Assembly: GCF_037042905.1 (NCBI RefSeq)
Contig: NC_087251.1
Location: forward strand, 26,660,001 to 26,724,000
Reading direction: 5' to 3'
DNA from: Lytechinus pictus
Taxonomy: Eukaryota
Length of the DNA stretch: 64,000 nucleotides
The notes beneath the pieces were generated by a model. It saw only the letters and a list, made by a program, of their open reading frames with translations. It was not told the DNA's origin and ran no database searches. Both the position numbers and the translations under genes were made by a program. This document shows, piece by piece, positions 13,601 through 19,600 of the stretch. Position 1 is the first letter of the stretch; each line of letters starts with the position of its first letter.

Positions 13601-16600
13601 ATCCAAATCCACCTTTACCTTTCTTTTTGCCATCGATGTCAAGATCAGGTCCACTTACATCTAGGTCTGGGCCCGAGATGTCACCTTCAACTTTTGGCAT
13701 TTTAATATCAACATCAGGTCCGTTACCATCAATGTTAAGTCCTCCGCCAATTCCTCCTCCAACATCTAATCCAGCTTCTCCGGAAGGCAGATCTACTCCT
13801 CCTCCAATGTTGGGCTTGCCAGTCTTCACTTTGATATCAGCTTCTGGTTTAGCGACATCGACATCTGCATCTACATCAATATCACCTTTGCCTCCAAATC
13901 CGAAATTAGGTCCATGAAATTTGGGCATTTTCAATCCAAAGCCAAATCCACCTTTACCCTTCTTCTTTCCACCAATGTCAAGATCAGGTCCACTAACATC
14001 GAGGTCTGGACCCGAGATGTCGCCTTCAACTTTTGGCCCTTTAATATCGACATCAGGTCCTTCCCCATCAATGTCAAGGCCTCCGCCAATTCCTCCTCCA
14101 ACATCAAATCCAGCTTCTCCAGAAGGCAGGTCTACTCCTCCTCCAATATCAGGCTTGCCAGTCTTTATTTTGATATCAGCTTCAGGTTTGGGGACATCGA
14201 CATCTGCATCTACATCAATATCGCCTTTGCCATCACCTCCAAATCCGAATTTGGGCATTTTCAATCCAAAGCCAAATCCACCTTTACCTTTCTTCTTTCC
14301 ACCGATGTCAAGATCAGGTCCACTGACATCTAGGTCTGGACCTGAGATGTCACCTTCAACTTTTGGTCCTTTAATATTGACATCAGGACCATCCCCATCA
14401 ATGTTAAGTCCTCCGCCAATTCCTCCTCCAACATCTAATCCAGCTTCTCCGGAAGGCAGATCTACTCCTCCTCCAATGTTGGGCTTGCCAGTCTTCACTT
14501 TGATATCAGCTTCAGGTTTGGGGACATCCACATCTGCATCTACATCAATATCACCTTTGCCTCCAAATCCAAAATTAGGTCCATGAATTTTGGGCATTTT
14601 CAACCCAAATCCAAATCCACCTTTACCCTTCTTCTTTCCACCAATGTCAAGATCAGGTCCACTAACATCGAGGTCTGGACTCGAGATGTCACCTTCAACC
14701 TCGGGCCCTTTAATATCAAAATCAGGACCTTCTCCGCCAATGTTAAGTCCTCCGCCAATTCCTCCTCCAATGCCACCTCCAACATCTAATCCAGCTTCTC
14801 CAGAAGGCAGATCTACTCCTCCTCCAATGTCAGGTTTGCCAGTCTTTACTTTGATATCAGCTTCAGGTTTGGGGACATCGACATCTGCATCTACATCAAT
14901 ATCGCCTTTGCCATCACCTCCAAATCCGAATTTGGGCATTTTCAATCCAAAGCCAAATCCACCTTTACCTTTCTTCTTTCCACCGATGTCAAGATCAGGT
15001 CCACTGACATCTAGGTCTGGACCTGAGATGTCACCTTCAACTTTTGGTCCTTTAATATTGACATCAGGACCATCCCCATCAATGTTAAGGCCTCCACCAA
15101 TTCCACCTCCAATTCCACCTCCAACATCTAACTCAGCTTCTCCAGAAGGCAGGTCAATTCCTCCTCCAATATCTGGCTTGCCAGCCTTCACTTTGATATC
15201 AGCTTCAGGTTTGGCAACATCGACATCTGCATCTACATCAATATCACCTTTGCCTCCAAATCCAAAATTAGGTCCATGAATTTTGGGCATTTTCAATCCA
15301 AATCCAAATCCACCTTTACCCTTCTTCTTTCCATCAATGTCAAGATCAGGTCCACTTACATCAAGGTCTGGACCTGAGATGTCACCTTCAACTTTTGGCC
15401 CTTTAATATCAAAATCAGGACCTTCTCCGTCAATGTTAAGTCCTCCGCCAATTCCTCCGCCAATTCCTCCTCCAATGCCACCTCCAACATCTAATCCAGC
15501 TTCTCCAGAAGGCAGATCTACTCCTCCTCCAATGTCAGGTTTGCCAGTCTTTACTTTGATATCAGCTTCAGGTTTGGGGACATCGACATCTGCATCTACA
15601 TCAATATCGCCTTTGCCATCACCTCCAAATCCGAATTTGGGCATTTTCAATCCAAAGCCAAATCCACCTTTACCCTTCTTCTTTCCATCAATGTCAAGAT
15701 CAGGTCCACTTACATCGAGGTCTGGACCCGAGATGTCACCTTCAACTTTTGGCCCTTTAATGTCAACATCAGGTCCGTCACCATCAATGTTAAGTCCTCC
15801 GCCAATTCCTCCTCCAACATCTAATCCAGCTTCTCCGGAAGGCAGATCTACTCCTCCTCCAATGTTGGGCTTGCCAGTCTTCACTTTGATATCAGCTTCT
15901 GGTTTTGCGACATCGACATCTGCATCTATATCAATATCACCTTTGCCTCCAAATCCGAAATTAGGCCCATGAAATTTGGGCATTTTCAATCCAAAGCCAA
16001 ATCCACCTTTACCCTTCTTCTTTCCACCAATGTCAAGATCAGGTCCACTTATATCGAGGTCTGGACCCGAGATGTCGCCTTCAACTTTTGGCCCTTTAAT
16101 ATCGACATCAGGTCCTTCCCCATCAATGTCAAGGCCTCCGCCAATTCCTCCTCCAACATCAAATCCAGCTTCTCCAGAAGGCAGGTCTACTCCTCCTCCA
16201 ATATCAGGCTTGCCAGTCTTCACTTTGATATCAGCTTCGGGTTTGGCGACATCGACATCTGCATCAATATCACCTTTGCCTCCAAATCCGAAATTAGGTC
16301 CATGAATTTTGGGCATTTTCAATCCAAATCCAAATCCACCCTTGCCCTTCTTCTTTCCACTGATGTCAAGATCAGGTCCACTAACATCGAGGTCTGGACT
16401 TGACATGTCACCTTCAACTTTTGGCCCCTCGACATCAACACCAGCACCAGCGCCTCCTATTGAAAGATCAGCATCTGGGCCTTTGCCATCAATATTTATC
16501 CCGCCTTCAAGTCCTCCTCCAATTCCTGCTCCTCCATCCAGTCCACCTCCAATATCTGGTCCCTCTGCTTTTAGTTTGGCATCTATTTCAGGTGCATCAA

Positions 16601-19600
16601 TATCAACACCTGCATTGAGGTCAACATCCCCTTTACCATGACCTCCAAACCCATGGAATTTGGGCATTTTTATGCCAAATCCAAATGAACCTTTGTGTTT
16701 TTTGTTTTTCTTCTTTCCACTGCCCCTGCCTTTGAATTTGGGACTTTTTAGGTCAGCATCAGGTCCATCAAAAGAAACATCTCCTTTAGGAAGGTCATTA
16801 TCAACATCGATTCCTGCTCCACCACTGACATTTAAGCCAACTCCTCCAGATGGAATGTCTACATCTCCACTGAATTCAGCATCAGGTTTCTTTATTTCAA
16901 CATCTCCATCTATATCAAGATCTCCTTTGCCTTTGCCTGAAAATCCGAAATTAGGTCCATGCAATTTGGGCATTTTTAATCCAAATCCAAATCCACCTTT
17001 GCCCTTCTTCTTTCCACCAATATCAAGATCATGTCCACTTACATCTAGGTCTGGACCCGAAATGTCACCTTCAACTTTTGGTCCTTTAAAATCAACATCA
17101 GGACCATCCCCATCAATGTTAAGGCCTCCACCAATTCCACCTCCAACATCAAATCCAGCTTCTCCAGAAGGCAGGTCTACTCCTCCTCCAATATCAGGCT
17201 TGCCAGTCTTCACTTTGATATCAGCTTCAGGTTTGGGGACATCGACATCTGCATCTACATCAATATCACCTTTGCCATCACCTCCAAATCCGAATTTAGG
17301 CATTTTCAACCCAAAGCCAAATCCGCCTTTACCCTTCTTCTTTCCACCAATGTCAAGATCAGGTCCACTTACATCGAGGTCTGGACCCGAGATGTCACCT
17401 TCAACTTTTGGCCCTTTAATATCAACATCAGGTCCGTCACCATCAATGTTAAGTCCTCCGCCAATCCCTCCTCCAATTCCTCCTCCAACATCTAATCCAG
17501 CTTGTCCGGAAGGCAGATCTACTCCTCCAATGTGAGGCTTACCAGTCTTCACTTTGATATCGGCTTCTGGTTTGGCAACATCAACATCTGCATCTACATC
17601 AATATCACCTTTGCCATCACCTCCAAATCCGAATTTAGGCATTTTCAATCCAAAGCCAAATCCGCCTTTACCCTTCTTCTTTCCACCAATGTCAAGATCA
17701 GGTCCACTTACATCAAGGTCTGGGCCCGATATGTCACCTTCAAATTTTGGCCCTTTCATGTCGACTTCAGGACCTTCCCCGCCAATGTTTAGTCCTCCGC
17801 CAATTCCTCCTCCAATTCCACCTCCAACATCTAATCCAGCTTCTCCAGAAGGCAGGTCTACTCCTCCTCCAATATCAGGCTTGCCAGTCTTCACTTTGAT
17901 ATCAGCTTCAGGTTTGACAACGTTGACATCAGCATCTACATCAATATCACCTTTGCCATCACCCCCAAATCCGAATTTGGGCATTTTCAATCCAAAGCCA
18001 AATCCACCTTTGCCCTCCTTTCCATCAATGTCGAGATCAGGTCCACTTACATCGAGGTCTGGACCCGAGATTTCACCTTCAACTTTTGGCCCTTTAATGT
18101 CAACATCAGGTCCATCGCCATCAATACTAAGTCCCCCTCCGATCTTTCCACCAATTCCTCCTCCAACATCTAATCCAGCTCCTCCAGAAGGCAGATCTAC
18201 TCCTCCTTCAATATCTGGCTTGCCAGTCTTCACTTTTATATTAGTTTCAGGTTTGGGGACATCGACATCTGCATCAACATCAATATCACCTTTGCCATCA
18301 CCTCCAAATCCAAATTTGGGCATTTTCAATCCAAAGCCAAATCCACCTTTACCCTTCTTTCCATCAATGTCGAGATCAGGTCCATTTACATCGAGGTCTG
18401 GACCCGAGATGTCACCTTCAACTTTTGGCCCTTTAATGTCAACATCAGGTCCGTCACCATCAATGTTAAGTCCTCCGCCAATTCCTCCTCCAACATCTAA
18501 TCCAGCTTCTCCGGAAGGTAGGTCTACTCCTCCAATATCAGGCTTGCCAGTCTTCACTTTGATATCAGCTTCAGGTTTGGGGACATCGACATCTGCATCT
18601 ACATCAATATCACCTTTGCCTCCAAATCCGAAATTTGGTCCATGAATTTTGGGCATTTTCAAGCCGAATCCAAATCCGCCTTTGCCCTTCTTCTTTCCAC
18701 TGATGTCAAGATCAGGTCCACTTACATCTAGGTCTGGACTCGAGATATCACCTTCAACTGTTGGTCCCTCAACACCAGCACCAGCACCTCCAATCGAAAG
18801 ATCAGCATCTGGGCCTTTGCCATCAACATTTATCCCACCTTCAACTCCTCCTCCAATTCCTGCTCCTCCATCCAGTCCACCTCCAATATCTGGTCCCTCG
18901 GCTTTTAGTTTGGCATCTATTTCAGGTGCATCAATATCAACACCTGCATTGACATCAACGTCCCCTTTACCATGACCTCCGAACCCATGGAATTTGGGCA
19001 TTTTAATGCCAAATCCAAATGAACCTTTGTGCTTTTTCTTTCCACTGCCTCGTCCTTTTACTTTTGGACCCTTCACACTAACATCAGGTCCATCTATCTC
19101 TCCTTTTGGTAGGTCAGCATCAATGCCACCTTTTGCCCCACCACTGACATCTAAGCCAACTCCTCCTGATGGAAGATCTGCATCTCCACTGGCATCAATA
19201 TTCAACCCTCCACCAATTCCTCCTCCAATGTCGGGCTTTTCAGTCTTAATGTCGATATCAGCTTCAGGTTTGTCAACATTCACATTTCCACCCACATCAA
19301 TATCACCTTTGCCACCACCACCAAAACTGAAGTTAGGTGCATTAAACTTTGGCATTTTCAGTCCAAATCCAAACCCTTTACTTTTTTTCTTTCCACTTCC
19401 ACTGATGTTAAGGTCTGGTCCATCTATATCTAGGTCGGGGTCAGAAATATCACCTTCAACTTTTGGTCCTTTTATGTCAACATCTGGACCTTTGGCATCA
19501 ATGTCTATTTCTCCAGTACCACCTCCTATTCCTCCACCGATGCCACCTCCAACATCGATTCCTACTCCTCCTGATGGCAATTTTGCACTTCCTCCCATAT